A stretch of 64,000 nucleotides of DNA from Desulfomonilia bacterium (GCA_050014195.1 JBEKDT010000005.1:128001-192000), one strand, 5' to 3'. Shown: positions 30,043 to 40,548, numbered from the stretch's first letter. Program-made: numbers and translations. The notes: a model not told the origin generated them from the letters alone.

Positions 30043-31211
30043 TCGGCATATCGAAGCTCTACTGCGGCACTGTCGAGGCATCGGATCCGCTGCGCTATGG
30101 CCGCTCATCCAAAGAGCTGCCATCTCATCTGCTTCAGTTCTCTGCCGACAAGAAACCCGTAGTGGTCTGGAACATCACGAGCGCCTGCAATCTCAAGTGT
30201 GTGCATTGCTATGCATCAGCGGGCAAGGCCACGGGTGAGCTCACGACAAGAGAGGGCCTTGAGCTGATTGCGACGCTCAAAGATTACGGTTCGCCGGTCA
30301 TCCTTTTTTCAGGCGGTGAGCCTATTATCCGCAAAGACCTCCCCACCCTCATCGAGGCCGCGGTAAAGTCGGGCATGCGTGCGGTTATCTCCACCAACGG
30401 CACGCTTATCTCGCAAGACATGGCCATGCATTTTGCGGACCTCGGCCTTTCCTACATCGGGGTGAGCCTGGACGGCATGGAAGAAGTAAACGACACCTTC
30501 AGGGGGGTTCAGGGCGCATTCAGGGACGCACTCCAAGGCATCTATAATGCCATGCACGAAGGCATCAAGGTGGGGCTGCGCTTCACCATGAACCGGCGAA
30601 ATGCAGATCAGATCAAAGGCATCTTCGACCTCATGAAGAATGAGGGCATCCCCAGGATATGCTTCTATCACCTGGTCTATACCGGCAGGGCCAGGGAGCT
30701 CATGGCAGAGGACCTCTCTCATGAGCAGACCAGGCAGACGCTTGACCTCATCATGGACCGGACAAAAGAGATGATCGATGCCGGGAAAGACGTTGAGGTG
30801 CTCACCGTGGACAACCATGCGGATGGCCCGTATGTGTACCTGCGCATGAAGCAGGAGGGCAGCCCCCGTGCAGGAGAGGTGCTGGAGCTGCTCAGGATGA
30901 ACGCAGGAAATTCGAGCGGCCTGGGCATCGGATGCATCAACTGGGACGGGGATGTCTACCCCGACCAATTCTGGCGCACCAAAGTGCTCGGCAATGTCCT
31001 GAAGAGGCCTTTCTCCGAGATCTGGGACAATAGGGACAACGAGTTCCTCATGCAGCTCAAGAACAAAAAGGACTATGTGCAGGGCAGATGCCGTTCCTGC
31101 AGGTGGCTCGATGTATGCGCCGGCAACTTCCGCGCCCGGGCCGAGGCGACTGCGGGCGACCCATGGGCCGAGGACCCGGCATGCTACCTGAGTGACGAAG
31201 AAATCACGTGA
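30039..31211 (+). CDS. ahbC: Radical SAM/SPASM protein AhbC (alternative heme biosynthesis)
   Basis: MIGISKLYCG...LRYGR...KKPVVVWN, CNLKCVHC, RICFYHLVY-GR, TVDNHADG, DPACY. Confidence 0.9.
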   Translation: MIGISKLYCGTVEASDPLRYGRSSKELPSHLLQFSADKKPVVVWNITSACNLKCVHCYASAGKATGELTTREGLELIATLKDYGSPVILFSGGEPIIRKDLPTLIEAAVKSGMRAVISTNGTLISQDMAMHFADLGLSYIGVSLDGMEEVNDTFRGVQGAFRDALQGIYNAMHEGIKVGLRFTMNRRNADQIKGIFDLMKNEGIPRICFYHLVYTGRARELMAEDLSHEQTRQTLDLIMDRTKEMIDAGKDVEVLTVDNHADGPYVYLRMKQEGSPRAGEVLELLRMNAGNSSGLGIGCINWDGDVYPDQFWRTKVLGNVLKRPFSEIWDNRDNEFLMQLKNKKDYVQGRCRSCRWLDVCAGNFRARAEATAGDPWAEDPACYLSDEEIT

Positions 31212-31250
31212 TTATCAATGCAACAAGTGACCAGAATACTGGACTTACTT

Positions 31251-32612
31251 TTATTCTGCTACAATCTTCTCCTTAATGAAATAAATATGGGATCTATCTT
31301 TCCAGGCAAGGTAATGAAGATCATGAGGGGTATCAAAAATAATCCTACCTCCCCCAATGGTAATAATTGAATTATATTGTTTTCCCTCTTTCCCATCAAC
31401 TATAACAAACTGTTTGTCATTTTCTTGAGCTACATATGCCCAGTGCTTTCCATCAGGACTGAATACAAAAGAGCCTACTGCGATATCATCATATCGCTTC
31501 CCTTCTTTCCCATCTATGACTATAAAGCACTTATTACCTCCTCGAACTACATACACCACATATGTGCTGTCTTGACTAAAGACAAGTGTACTACCTACGA
31601 TATTATCGTATTGCTTCCCTGTCTCCCTACCATCCACGACTACAAAATATTTAATACCGATTGAAGCTACATAAGCCACCTGCTTGCTATCAGGGCTAAA
31701 GATCGGAGTCCCCTTTCCGATGATATCGTATTGCTTTTCCTCTTTTCCGTCCACAACCACGAAGAATTTATCGTCTGTTTGCGCTACATATGCCACATGC
31801 TTGCTATCAGGGCTGAAAATGTATGAGTTATTCATGATTCCATCGTATGGCTTTTCCTCTTTCCCATCTACCACCATAAACATTTTCTTCTTGCCTACTT
31901 GAGCTGCATATATCAAGCGCTTGCTATCAGGGCTAAAAACTGGGCCACCTGTCGTAATGCTTCTATCAGGGTTAAAACTTGTGCTACTTGTGACAATGCT
32001 ATCATATTGCTTTTCCTCTTTCCCATCCACAACCACAAACCACCTCTTCCCTCCGAATATTTTGTCTATGAGAGCTGCATATGCCACACGTGTGCTGTCA
32101 AGGCTGAATACAGGGCCACTATCCATGATGCCATCGTATGGCTTTGCCTCCTTTCCATCTATGACTGCAAACCATTTATTGCCGGTTCGAGCAGCATACG
32201 CTAAGCGTTTACTATCAGGGCTAAAAACAGCGCCGCTTTTCCCTATACCATCATATTGCTTTTCCTCTTTCCCATCTATGACTACAAATCTTTTATCACC
32301 TTCCAGGGCCACATATGCAACTCTAGCACTGTTAGGACTGAATGTTTGTAGACTTTGCTCTATCCCATCGTATTGCTTACCCTCTTTTCCATCTACGACT
32401 ATAAACCGCTTTTTCCCTGATCGGGATATATACGATACATGGTTGTCATCAGGGCTTACTTGGAGAGATGATTTTATCCAGGAAAAAATATCTACAGTTA
32501 CAATTAATTTTTCAGATATTACCTTGAGTTGATCACTATCCTTTGCATTGCAAATTGTGGAAAAGCAAAAGACAAAAGCTGCCAAATATAATGCGATACA
32601 TTTTTTAGACAC
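31251..32612 (-). CDS. Exported beta-propeller (TolB/PD40-like) repeat protein, AT-richer than flanks
   Basis: Signal peptide; about 9 repeats of FSPDSK--AY...FVVVDGKE-KQYD-I. Confidence 0.85.
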   Translation of the reverse strand: MSKKCIALYLAAFVFCFSTICNAKDSDQLKVISEKLIVTVDIFSWIKSSLQVSPDDNHVSYISRSGKKRFIVVDGKEGKQYDGIEQSLQTFSPNSARVAYVALEGDKRFVVIDGKEEKQYDGIGKSGAVFSPDSKRLAYAARTGNKWFAVIDGKEAKPYDGIMDSGPVFSLDSTRVAYAALIDKIFGGKRWFVVVDGKEEKQYDSIVTSSTSFNPDRSITTGGPVFSPDSKRLIYAAQVGKKKMFMVVDGKEEKPYDGIMNNSYIFSPDSKHVAYVAQTDDKFFVVVDGKEEKQYDIIGKGTPIFSPDSKQVAYVASIGIKYFVVVDGRETGKQYDNIVGSTLVFSQDSTYVVYVVRGGNKCFIVIDGKEGKRYDDIAVGSFVFSPDGKHWAYVAQENDKQFVIVDGKEGKQYNSIITIGGGRIIFDTPHDLHYLAWKDRSHIYFIKEKIVAE

Positions 32613-32902
32613 TTAGCTAATCCTCTTTATCATGGGTATTTTGTTAAAATATTTTGTATTCTATTTATTATGATCACCTGCCACATATGCTCATTTACTT
32701 TGTTTCCGATAGAGAAAAGATAAGAAATACTAATAGATTTCATTCCTCACTTCAACCATTTTCCACTCCCATCCCCGTGATCAAGTACTCGAGATTTCAA
32801 GGCTTGCTTTTGATCTAAAGATTCTATGCCATACTCACTATTCTGAGCATCGGTTGAGGTTGAGATATAAATAATGGCTCTTAATGTCCTGCTCATGCTT
32901 GC

Positions 32903-33493
32903 TTAGAGGATTTCGAGGATCCTACTCTGGAATCCCTTGAGCACCTCTTCGATATCCAGCATGCCGGGCTCGAATATGGTCGAGAAGAGGGCCATGCCCT
33001 CCCAGAAGGCTACCATGGCGATGCTCACATTTTTTACAAATTGCTTGTCTTCGATAAAGCGGCTCAAGTTCAACACCAGCTCATCTATCCACCGTATGTA
33101 CGCCTTTCGCAGCTTTGCCCGGACGGAATCATGGTACAGGGCGATCTCCCATATCTCCACAAATATCGTCGAGAGGCCCTTGTTAAGCGTGATGCGGTTG
33201 TTTACGAAGCCGAATAGCTCGTCGATGAATTCCTTCTTCCCGTATCGGGACAAATCCTTTTCATTAAGCCATTCCCTGATCTGGGTCTGATAATCATCGA
33301 TGACATAGTCGATGTAGTTGAGGAGGATGTCTTCCTTGCTGGAGAAATAGTAGTGCAGCACACCGTGGTTCACCCCGGCAACGCGGGCGATGTCCTTGAT
33401 GGAGGTCTTCTCAAAAGACTTCTCCTGAAGACAGGCATCCAGGGCCTTGAGGATCTGCTGTTTGCGTTCTTCCTGTATCCTTTTTCTCGCCAT
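32903..33493 (-). CDS. TetR/AcrR-family regulator
   Basis: TSIKDIARVAGVNHGVLHYYFSSKEDI. Confidence 0.93.
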   Translation of the reverse strand: MARKRIQEERKQQILKALDACLQEKSFEKTSIKDIARVAGVNHGVLHYYFSSKEDILLNYIDYVIDDYQTQIREWLNEKDLSRYGKKEFIDELFGFVNNRITLNKGLSTIFVEIWEIALYHDSVRAKLRKAYIRWIDELVLNLSRFIEDKQFVKNVSIAMVAFWEGMALFSTIFEPGMLDIEEVLKGFQSRILEIL

Positions 33494-33505
33494 TGATCAC
33501 ATTCC

Positions 33506-34936
33506 TCATACCCCATCCGGGGGGCCTGGAACTTTCCCTTCCGGCTTTCCCGGCCTTCTCTTCACCCTCGTGGCTGCCTTCTGTGCTGCCTTCTTCTTGA
33601 ACACAGGCACGACAAGCACGGTATAAAGGGTGCAGAGTAAAAGGAACCCTGCCATGAACACGGCAACCCAGTAATTCGCGAACAGGACCCTGCCCGAGTA
33701 GTCTTTGCTGACATCCATGAATATGCCGATCATGAGTCCTAAGAACACCACGGCAGTAATGACCGGTATCACCGGTCCGAACGGTATCTTGAAGTCACGC
33801 GGGGTATCCGGGAACTTTTTTCTGAGCCTGAGCACGCATATCGCCATGACCACATAGATGAAGCATTCGAGTGCCGCAGCCATCAATATGATGAACAGAT
33901 ACTTGCCGGTAATGAATATGGCGATGCTTATTGCCATGGCGAATATCATAAGCCCGAGGATCGCCACCCACGGCGTCGCATAGTCCGGGTGGAGCTTGCT
34001 GAACACCCTGGGCAGGACATTGTCGCGGGCCATGGCATAGGTGAAGCGGGAGGTGTTCAAGAGCCCTGCATTGAAAGACGTGACCGATGCCAGCACGCTC
34101 ATGAACATCAGGAGCACCACGCCCGGCACGCCGAAAAGGTTCCTGCCCAGGAGGATATGCGGGATCACCGTGCCGCTCAGGCGCTGCTCGGGGGTAAGCC
34201 CGATCCATATTGCTACCGTGAACAGCGAGTAGAGGATGGACAGGATACCGACCGTAATAAGCATACCCTTGCCGATGAGCCGGTAATCCGTTGTCTCCTC
34301 GGCGAGCGGGGTGACCCACTCGAAGCCCACGAAGAGGAATACGCCCACTCCCGCAGCCTCGATTATCTTCGGGATCGTAAAATTCGGACTCGCAAGGGCA
34401 GGGGTGAAATCGATCCCTATGGTGGAGATGGCGTAGATGGAAACAAAGGCGAGCAGGCTTATCTTGCTGAAGGTCATGATGTCTTCCGCGAGCCCGGTAA
34501 TCTTCACCCCCCGGTAGTTGAGGAATGCCACGAACAGGATGAAGATGCTCAACCAGATGATCCGGTCGAACATCGGGCTTACAAAGGTATGGGCGCTTAT
34601 CATAACGCTCGAAAGGATATAGCTTTCCGTTCCCACCATGGAGATGCCGAGCACGACATAGAATATCCCGATGGTAATGGCGATGGGCTCATTGAAGGCG
34701 TTCTGCATAAAGAGCTTGATACCTGCGGCACTCGGGTAGAGTGATGTGAGTTCGGAGAAGCACATCGCAGAGAGAAGGCAGAATAACCCCGCAACCAGTA
34801 TGGAGATCCAGGCGAGCTCGCCCACTACGATGATGGCTACCTGCAGACCGGCAATATAACAGGAAGTGGCAAGGGCCATACCGACCGATGTAGATATAAC
34901 AGTCCTGAGCTTAAGCACTTTTTTGAGCGTAGTCAT
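33506..34936 (-). CDS. APC-family amino acid/polyamine permease
   Basis: FSEL-S-YP-A-G, FVGFE...AEE, SR--YAMARD--LP--F-K-HP---TP. Confidence 0.92.
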   Translation of the reverse strand: MTTLKKVLKLRTVISTSVGMALATSCYIAGLQVAIIVVGELAWISILVAGLFCLLSAMCFSELTSLYPSAAGIKLFMQNAFNEPIAITIGIFYVVLGISMVGTESYILSSVMISAHTFVSPMFDRIIWLSIFILFVAFLNYRGVKITGLAEDIMTFSKISLLAFVSIYAISTIGIDFTPALASPNFTIPKIIEAAGVGVFLFVGFEWVTPLAEETTDYRLIGKGMLITVGILSILYSLFTVAIWIGLTPEQRLSGTVIPHILLGRNLFGVPGVVLLMFMSVLASVTSFNAGLLNTSRFTYAMARDNVLPRVFSKLHPDYATPWVAILGLMIFAMAISIAIFITGKYLFIILMAAALECFIYVVMAICVLRLRKKFPDTPRDFKIPFGPVIPVITAVVFLGLMIGIFMDVSKDYSGRVLFANYWVAVFMAGFLLLCTLYTVLVVPVFKKKAAQKAATRVKRRPGKPEGKVPGPPDGV

Positions 34937-34954
34937 GAATCCTCCCCCATCTCA

Positions 34955-35245
34955 TTATCTGTCCGATCCGCCTTCATAAGGATTCAACGAATCATAGGCG
35001 CCGTAGATGAGCAGCCAACTGGTTATCTTCATGGCACCACTACTCAGGCGAAGCCTGGGCCAGATGATTCCCACGATAATAAGCAGCATGCCGCTCATCA
35101 CGCCCTCAACATGGCTCGAAAGGCCCATTCTGGGGTTTGCAAGGATGGGAATAAGCAAGCCTGTCAAAAGGCCCAAGAGAAGCAGCAAAACGCCCAGACG
35201 TATGAGTCGCCCGGACAGCCGCTGCTTCATACTTGATGTATCCAT
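34955..35245 (-). pseudogene. Probably truncated small membrane protein (NPRMGLS-H-EG family, StyC-like)
   Basis: Two TM helices with NPRMGLSSHVEG; third helix ends abruptly in a polar tail. Confidence 0.45.
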
Positions 35246-35336
35246 GATCCCTCCTGAAAAAATTCTTGCCCATATTACTTTCTAAGCCTAAGACCTTTTC
35301 CGCTTTCATGCCGCTGAGACGACTTTAGGTGTCAGG

Positions 35337-35696
35337 TCATGCATCGGGCCAGATGATCATGGTGATGGCATCGAGTCTCATGACATCCTCCTGGCTCGCC
35401 TTCACCTTGATCTCTCCGTCCAGGTACTTCTGTGACGGGTTGAGATCTCCCCAGAACATGTCGCACAGGTTTTCACTCAGGGTCGTGACAATGACGTCGG
35501 GGGTCCCCTTCGCCCCCGCCTCGTATGACACGATCTCGCCGTTTTTCACGTCCATGGTGAAGTAATCCCCCGTGTCTTCTGCAAAAAAGTGGATCAGCCT
35601 CGACCAGTCCCGCTGCATCCTTCTCAGGCGTGCATTATCATTGCATTGAACCTGATAATCAGCCAGGGCTTCTAAGATATTCTCTTTTGTCGCCAT
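35337..35696 (-). CDS. SCP2 sterol/lipid-binding domain protein
   Basis: PDVIVT...GDLNP-QKYL-GEIKV pattern. Confidence 0.85.
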   Translation of the reverse strand: MATKENILEALADYQVQCNDNARLRRMQRDWSRLIHFFAEDTGDYFTMDVKNGEIVSYEAGAKGTPDVIVTTLSENLCDMFWGDLNPSQKYLDGEIKVKASQEDVMRLDAITMIIWPDA

Positions 35697-35708
35697 ATCT
35701 CTCCTCCG

Positions 35709-36977
35709 TCAATCGTTCTTGCCTATGCCGCTTTCCTTCGAGAGCTCCCTCATTGAATCCTCTAACGCATTCAGCACAAAATCCACCTCTTCAGGGGTTA
35801 TCACCAATGGGGGCATGAACCGGCATATGGTCGGATCATTGCCCGTATAGACGGCAATCACGCCTCTATCTGCGAGCTTCTTCGTGAGCCTGGGGCCGAT
35901 GGACTGGTTCGTGTACTGGAGCCCCATCATGAGCCCCTTCTGTCTCACCTCGATCAGAAGGCCAGGATAATCTTTCAGAAACCGGTCAAACCCGGCCCTG
36001 AAACGATCCCCCATCTTAACTGCGCGGTCGGCCAGGTGATTCTTTTGTATATATTCAATGACGGCAAGGCCCACAAGGCATCCCAGATCTGAGCCTCCAA
36101 AGGTGGAGAGGTGGATGAATGGATGCGGGATGAAGAAATCCATGAGCTCTTCGGTGAATATGGTGGCCGAGATCGGATAGATCCCGCCGCCCAACGACTT
36201 CGCCACAGTCATGATATCCGGCACTACGCCCCAGTGCTCGGAGGCGAACATCTTCCCTGTCCTGGCAAACCCGGTCTGTATCTCATCCAGGATGAGCAGA
36301 GCCCCGTTTTCGTTACAGATCTTCCTAACTTCCTGGAGGTAACCTTCTGGAGGAAGATTGATGCCCCCCTCTCCCTGTATGGGCTCCAGGATAACTGCCG
36401 CAGTATCTTCGGTGAAGGCATCCCAGATTGCCTGGGCATTACCGAACGGTACCATCTTGAACCCGGGGATGAGCGGCTCGAAAGGCTCCTTGTAGGCATC
36501 ACGGCCTATGGCGGAAAGCGCAAACCCGGTGTGGCCGTGATAGGCCTTATCCGCATAGATGATCTCTTTCTTCATGGTATAGCCGCGCGCCAGCTTGATG
36601 GCGGCATCATTCGCCTCGCCTCCGCCGGTCCCGAAGATCGTGCACTTGAGGTTGCCCGGCGTTATCTCTGCAAGCTTCTTCGCCAGGTCCGCCTTCTGCT
36701 TGGAGCATAGGAGAAAGACCCCGATGTCATAGGTGTCGAGGGCGTCTTTGAGTGCCTGCACGATCACGGGGTTGTGACGGCCCACGTTCATGATGCCGGA
36801 GCCGGTCTGACAGTCGATGTATTTCTTGCCCGTCATATCCCAGATAGATGCCCCGTCGCGCCTATCCTCGATGATATCCAGGCCCGCACTTTTCATGGTG
36901 CGGGTCTTCATGGGGCCTAAGTACTCGGAGAAATCTGCCAGGGCCTGCTTCTTGATCTTCTCACGATCTATTGCCAT
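35709..36977 (-). CDS. Class III PLP aminotransferase (putrescine/ornithine aminotransferase-like)
   Basis: [35 protein letters not shown]. Confidence 0.93.
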   Translation of the reverse strand: MAIDREKIKKQALADFSEYLGPMKTRTMKSAGLDIIEDRRDGASIWDMTGKKYIDCQTGSGIMNVGRHNPVIVQALKDALDTYDIGVFLLCSKQKADLAKKLAEITPGNLKCTIFGTGGGEANDAAIKLARGYTMKKEIIYADKAYHGHTGFALSAIGRDAYKEPFEPLIPGFKMVPFGNAQAIWDAFTEDTAAVILEPIQGEGGINLPPEGYLQEVRKICNENGALLILDEIQTGFARTGKMFASEHWGVVPDIMTVAKSLGGGIYPISATIFTEELMDFFIPHPFIHLSTFGGSDLGCLVGLAVIEYIQKNHLADRAVKMGDRFRAGFDRFLKDYPGLLIEVRQKGLMMGLQYTNQSIGPRLTKKLADRGVIAVYTGNDPTICRFMPPLVITPEEVDFVLNALEDSMRELSKESGIGKND

Positions 36978-37083
36978 AATGACCTCCTTTGTCCATCCGT
37001 TTTGATCATTTTATCGACCGCCATATGCCCCTTCCTCACTGCATGAAAAGGTTCATGCATAGTCCTGCTTTTAACCCAGAATG

Positions 37084-37156
37084 TGTAGGAGCGGCTTTAG
37101 CCGCGACAGGGACAAGGGGTGCACACAACTTTTTCGCGCCTGAAGGCGCTCCTACA
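37084..37156. repeat. GTAG-type REP inverted doublet (copy A)
   Basis: TGTAGGAGCGGCTTTAGCCGCGA ... TCGCGCCTGAAGGCGCTCCTACA. Confidence 0.85.
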
Positions 37157-37239
37157 GAAGCAGAGCTACTGCATATATCGCTGCAATGAGCACGTACAAA
37201 TGAAAAATCCGGTTTTGGAAATTTTCTCATATCCGATTT

Positions 37240-38874
37240 TCAGTATGCCTTCTTTCCGTCGATCCAGGTCTGGACCACCCGGCTCGAATCCGAGAAGGGG
37301 TCACCATCAACCACACAGAATGTGGCCGGAGCGCCCTCGTTGAGCCCGTTATTCACTGTGCCCAGAGAGAGGCTACCCCCGATGGTTCCTGCAGTGAGGG
37401 CCTGAAACTCGCTGAGCCTTTCCTCAGGGCCGAACATCGACCCGTCCGGTTTTTTCCGATCAACCGCACGTCTGATGTTATGCAGGGGGTCATCAGCTGC
37501 ACAAGGGCCGTCGGAACTGATACAGATGGGAACCCCCCTTTCAAGAAGACTCCTTAAGGGGAATGCCTTCAGGTAGGGGATGGCCCCCTGCCTCTCGATG
37601 TCATGGGCATAGTAGGGGATGAATCCCGGTTGCAGAGATGCGACCGACCCGCAGCCCGCAAAGATGTCCAGGTCCTCATCGTCCATGATAAGCAGATGCT
37701 CGACCGATGCCCCGACAGGTTTGAGTCTCTTTATTACTTCTGCAGCCTGGCGGCAGGCCACATTGCCCAGGGCATGCATGACCAGTCGATACCCCTTGTC
37801 CGTAAAGACTTTTGCCCTGCCGATGAGATCATCGAGGTCCTCGAACCTCAGGTAAGGCAGGTATATTTTCCCGTTCTTCAGGGTGATCTTCTGCTCGAAG
37901 AGTAAACGAAACGGTGATAAGCTGCCAAGGGCGACACTATCCTTTGCAGCCATGAGGGCCGCCTTCAGACCTCCTGCGAGCGGCATGCTCGCTGCAGTCC
38001 GGTAAGCCCCGTCCAGAAAGAACTTCACGCTCTTAGGCGCGTGATCGGAGTTCAGTGCATTCGCATCATCTCTCTGGTTCGGCGGGGCAAATATGCTGTC
38101 ATAGGCCGTCACGCACCAGCTGATCTTCAACGGGGTATATCCTTGCGCATCCTTCAGGAGCCTTTGAATATCAGAAGGGACTCCGGGATCATTGACATGG
38201 GTGAGCCCCTTTTGCAGGCACCTGGTGGCCTCATCGAGGATTATCTTCCTCTTCTCCTCTTCAGAGCATGTCCGGAAGACCTCCCGGCACATCGTAACGA
38301 GCACCCTGCCGAGTGCATCTTCCCATACGGTACCCTTGGGCGTACCATCCCGCTGGATGTCGATATCTATGGGGCACCGCAAGGTGTTCCTGCTGATCCC
38401 GGCGCGCCTGAGTGCTGAAGTCGAGACAAGGCCACGGTGAAAGGTGGTATCAACGACAAGCACCGGCGATCCAAAAGCTGCCGCATCGATTTCCTGTAAA
38501 CTGGGAAGGGTCGGGGTCTTCCACCTGGTATGGTCGAACCCGGAGAAGAAGACCCAGCGCTTGTCCGATCGGCATACCCTGCATGCAGCCTCGATGGCGC
38601 CGAGTGCGTCGTCTTTTGATGCCCACGACCCCGCATCGCCATAGAGCGGCAGCAGGGCGGATATGAAAAAGTGCCGGTGCGCATCAATAAGCCCAGGTAT
38701 GATATGCATCCCCCCGAGATCTTCTGATGGCCTGAGCGCTGAAGCTGCCTGCTCTTGGTTAAAGATCTCCAGGATCTTGCCGTCTCTGAAACGCAGCCCG
38801 CCATGTATCTTTTCCATCGGGCTCCCGGCCCAAAGCACTGCATTGCCCAGCACCACCTCTTGCTGCCGGCCCAT
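37240..38874 (-). CDS. Amidohydrolase family 3 (YtcJ-like)
   Basis: PGLIDAH-H, KFFLDG, HALG, VEH, SSDGP. Confidence 0.88.
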   Translation of the reverse strand: MGRQQEVVLGNAVLWAGSPMEKIHGGLRFRDGKILEIFNQEQAASALRPSEDLGGMHIIPGLIDAHRHFFISALLPLYGDAGSWASKDDALGAIEAACRVCRSDKRWVFFSGFDHTRWKTPTLPSLQEIDAAAFGSPVLVVDTTFHRGLVSTSALRRAGISRNTLRCPIDIDIQRDGTPKGTVWEDALGRVLVTMCREVFRTCSEEEKRKIILDEATRCLQKGLTHVNDPGVPSDIQRLLKDAQGYTPLKISWCVTAYDSIFAPPNQRDDANALNSDHAPKSVKFFLDGAYRTAASMPLAGGLKAALMAAKDSVALGSLSPFRLLFEQKITLKNGKIYLPYLRFEDLDDLIGRAKVFTDKGYRLVMHALGNVACRQAAEVIKRLKPVGASVEHLLIMDDEDLDIFAGCGSVASLQPGFIPYYAHDIERQGAIPYLKAFPLRSLLERGVPICISSDGPCAADDPLHNIRRAVDRKKPDGSMFGPEERLSEFQALTAGTIGGSLSLGTVNNGLNEGAPATFCVVDGDPFSDSSRVVQTWIDGKKAY

Positions 38875-38940
38875 ATGTCTCCTCCTTTAAGACAAGGTTC
38901 TTGCTCTTTTCATAGCAACTTGCTTAAGATATCCCTGCTC

Positions 38941-40050
38941 TCAGAGCGCCGGATATTCCACGTAGTCCCAGCCGAAGGCATTGGCCACTTCGCCGTTGGT
39001 AAGTATGCCTTTATATACGTTCAAACCTTTCCTCAGCGCCGTGTTCTCCTTCATGGCCTTCTCACCGCCTTTGTCCGCAAGCTCCAGCACATAGGGCATG
39101 GTGGCATTGGTAAGCGCATAGGTTGAGGTCCTGGGCACTGCTCCGGGCATATTTGCCACACAGTAATGCACGATCCCCTCCTCGATGTAGGTCGGGTTGT
39201 CATGGGTGGTGGGCCTGCTCGTCTCTGCGCATCCTCCCTGGTCAATGGCAATATCCACTATGACCGAGCCGGGCTCCATCTTTCTCAGCAGGTCCCGCGT
39301 GATGAGGTGCGGGGTTTTCGCACCGGGGATGAGCACCGACGCGATGACCAGATCTGCATGGATGATGGCCTCCTCAACGTTCCCGGCATTGGCCATAAGC
39401 AGCACAGCTCGGGAATGGAAAATGTCCTCAAGGTAATTCAATCGTTTTTGATTGATATCGAGGATGGTGACCTGGGCACCCACCCCGGCGGCAATGTGGG
39501 CTGCATTGATACCCGATATGCCTGCCCCGAGGATGGTTACTTTCCCGGGATGCACCCCCGGCACCCCGGAGAGGAGTATGCCCTTGCCCCCGTGTATTTC
39601 TTCAAGACATGTGCAGCCCGTCTGGATCGCCAGCCTCCCGGCCACTGCACTCATGGGTGCAAGCAGGGGCAGGCTCCCGTCTTCCGTCTGAATGGTCTCA
39701 TAGGCGATGCCGGTTATCTTGCTTTTGAGCAGTTCTCTGGTGAGGTCTTCATTGGCTGCCAGATGGAGATAGGTGAACAGGATCAAATCTTCCCGCATGA
39801 ATTTGTATTCCTGCTCTATGGGCTCCTTAACCTTGACGATCATATCGGAACCTGTCCAGAGTGCTTCAGCGCCCTGAACAATGCGTGCCCCTGCCAGCTC
39901 GTACGCGACATCCTTTATACCGGAACCGATTCCTGCATCCCTTTGAACAAATACCTTGTGCCCGTGGTGGACAAGGGTCCTCACACCGACGTGTGTCATA
40001 GCTACCCGGCCTTCCCTGGTCTTGATTTCCTTTGGTATGCCGATGTTCAT
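38941..40050 (-). CDS. ald: Alanine dehydrogenase
   Basis: PKEIK--E-RV, KVKEP, FTYLHLA, LPLLAPMS-VAGR, IDQGGC, ANMPGAV. Confidence 0.96.
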   Translation of the reverse strand: MNIGIPKEIKTREGRVAMTHVGVRTLVHHGHKVFVQRDAGIGSGIKDVAYELAGARIVQGAEALWTGSDMIVKVKEPIEQEYKFMREDLILFTYLHLAANEDLTRELLKSKITGIAYETIQTEDGSLPLLAPMSAVAGRLAIQTGCTCLEEIHGGKGILLSGVPGVHPGKVTILGAGISGINAAHIAAGVGAQVTILDINQKRLNYLEDIFHSRAVLLMANAGNVEEAIIHADLVIASVLIPGAKTPHLITRDLLRKMEPGSVIVDIAIDQGGCAETSRPTTHDNPTYIEEGIVHYCVANMPGAVPRTSTYALTNATMPYVLELADKGGEKAMKENTALRKGLNVYKGILTNGEVANAFGWDYVEYPAL

Positions 40051-40063
40051 ATGCGGCTCCTAT

Positions 40064-40133
40064 TTAGTTGATTGACTAAGATTTAAACTGAAACACTGGC
40101 TCTGTCAATAATCTAATTTAGACGTTCAACTAA
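40064..40133 (-). promoter_or_regulatory. ald promoter flanked by two 16-bp TTAG-N8-CTAA imperfect palindromes (putative TetR operators)
   Basis: TTAGTTGATTGACTAA (40064-40079) and TTAGACGTTCAACTAA (40118-40133) on either side of TTGACA (minus strand, 40103-40108). Confidence 0.65.
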
Positions 40134-40209
40134 CATTATCGAATAAAAACCCGGTTCATTGCAGTAAAGCATACTTAAGATCATTGAGGAACGGCACAGA
40201 AGGATATTC

Positions 40210-40338
40210 TCACCACGAAGGACACGAAGAGCACGAAGAAGATCTAAAAAACCAGAACAAACACTCTTGGATCCATTGAACCGGTCAGCGATTTCAAAAG
40301 ACTTTCTTTCTTCGTGTCCTTCGTGCTCTTCGTGGTGA
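40210..40338. repeat. Inverted-repeat element with 9-bp periodic CACGAAG arms (copy 1; extra partial arm at 40399-40420)
   Basis: TCACCACGAAGGACACGAAGAGCACGAAGAA ... TTCTTCGTGTCCTTCGTGCTCTTCGTGGTGA. Confidence 0.9.
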
Positions 40339-40468
40339 AGTACTCCTATGTCTGATCGAATCCCATGCTCCATTTTGGTTGCGGCTATGCTGCGCTAAGC
40401 TCTTCGTGTCCTTCGTGGTGGAAACAATGGGCTGCAAACCATAAAAGTATGCTCAACAGAGAAGAAAC

Positions 40469-40506
40469 AAAAAAAACACAGGGCCCTTTATTGCCGGGAC
40501 CCTGTG
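40469..40506 (-). terminator. Rho-independent terminator after the MCP pair
   Basis: CACAGGGTCC/GGGCCCTGTG stem followed by T8 on the minus strand. Confidence 0.8.
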
Positions 40507-40548
40507 GGTGTGTGTCAGTCTGCAGGAATAGAGCCTTAAGCTACTCAC

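Noticed and set aside
31400-32420. CRISPR-like or non-coding tandem repeats (~117-bp period)
   Set aside because: They are the coding repeats of the beta-propeller protein
40210-40420. CRISPR array
   Set aside because: Repeats are inverted 9-bp periodic arms, not direct repeats with unique spacers; no cas genes
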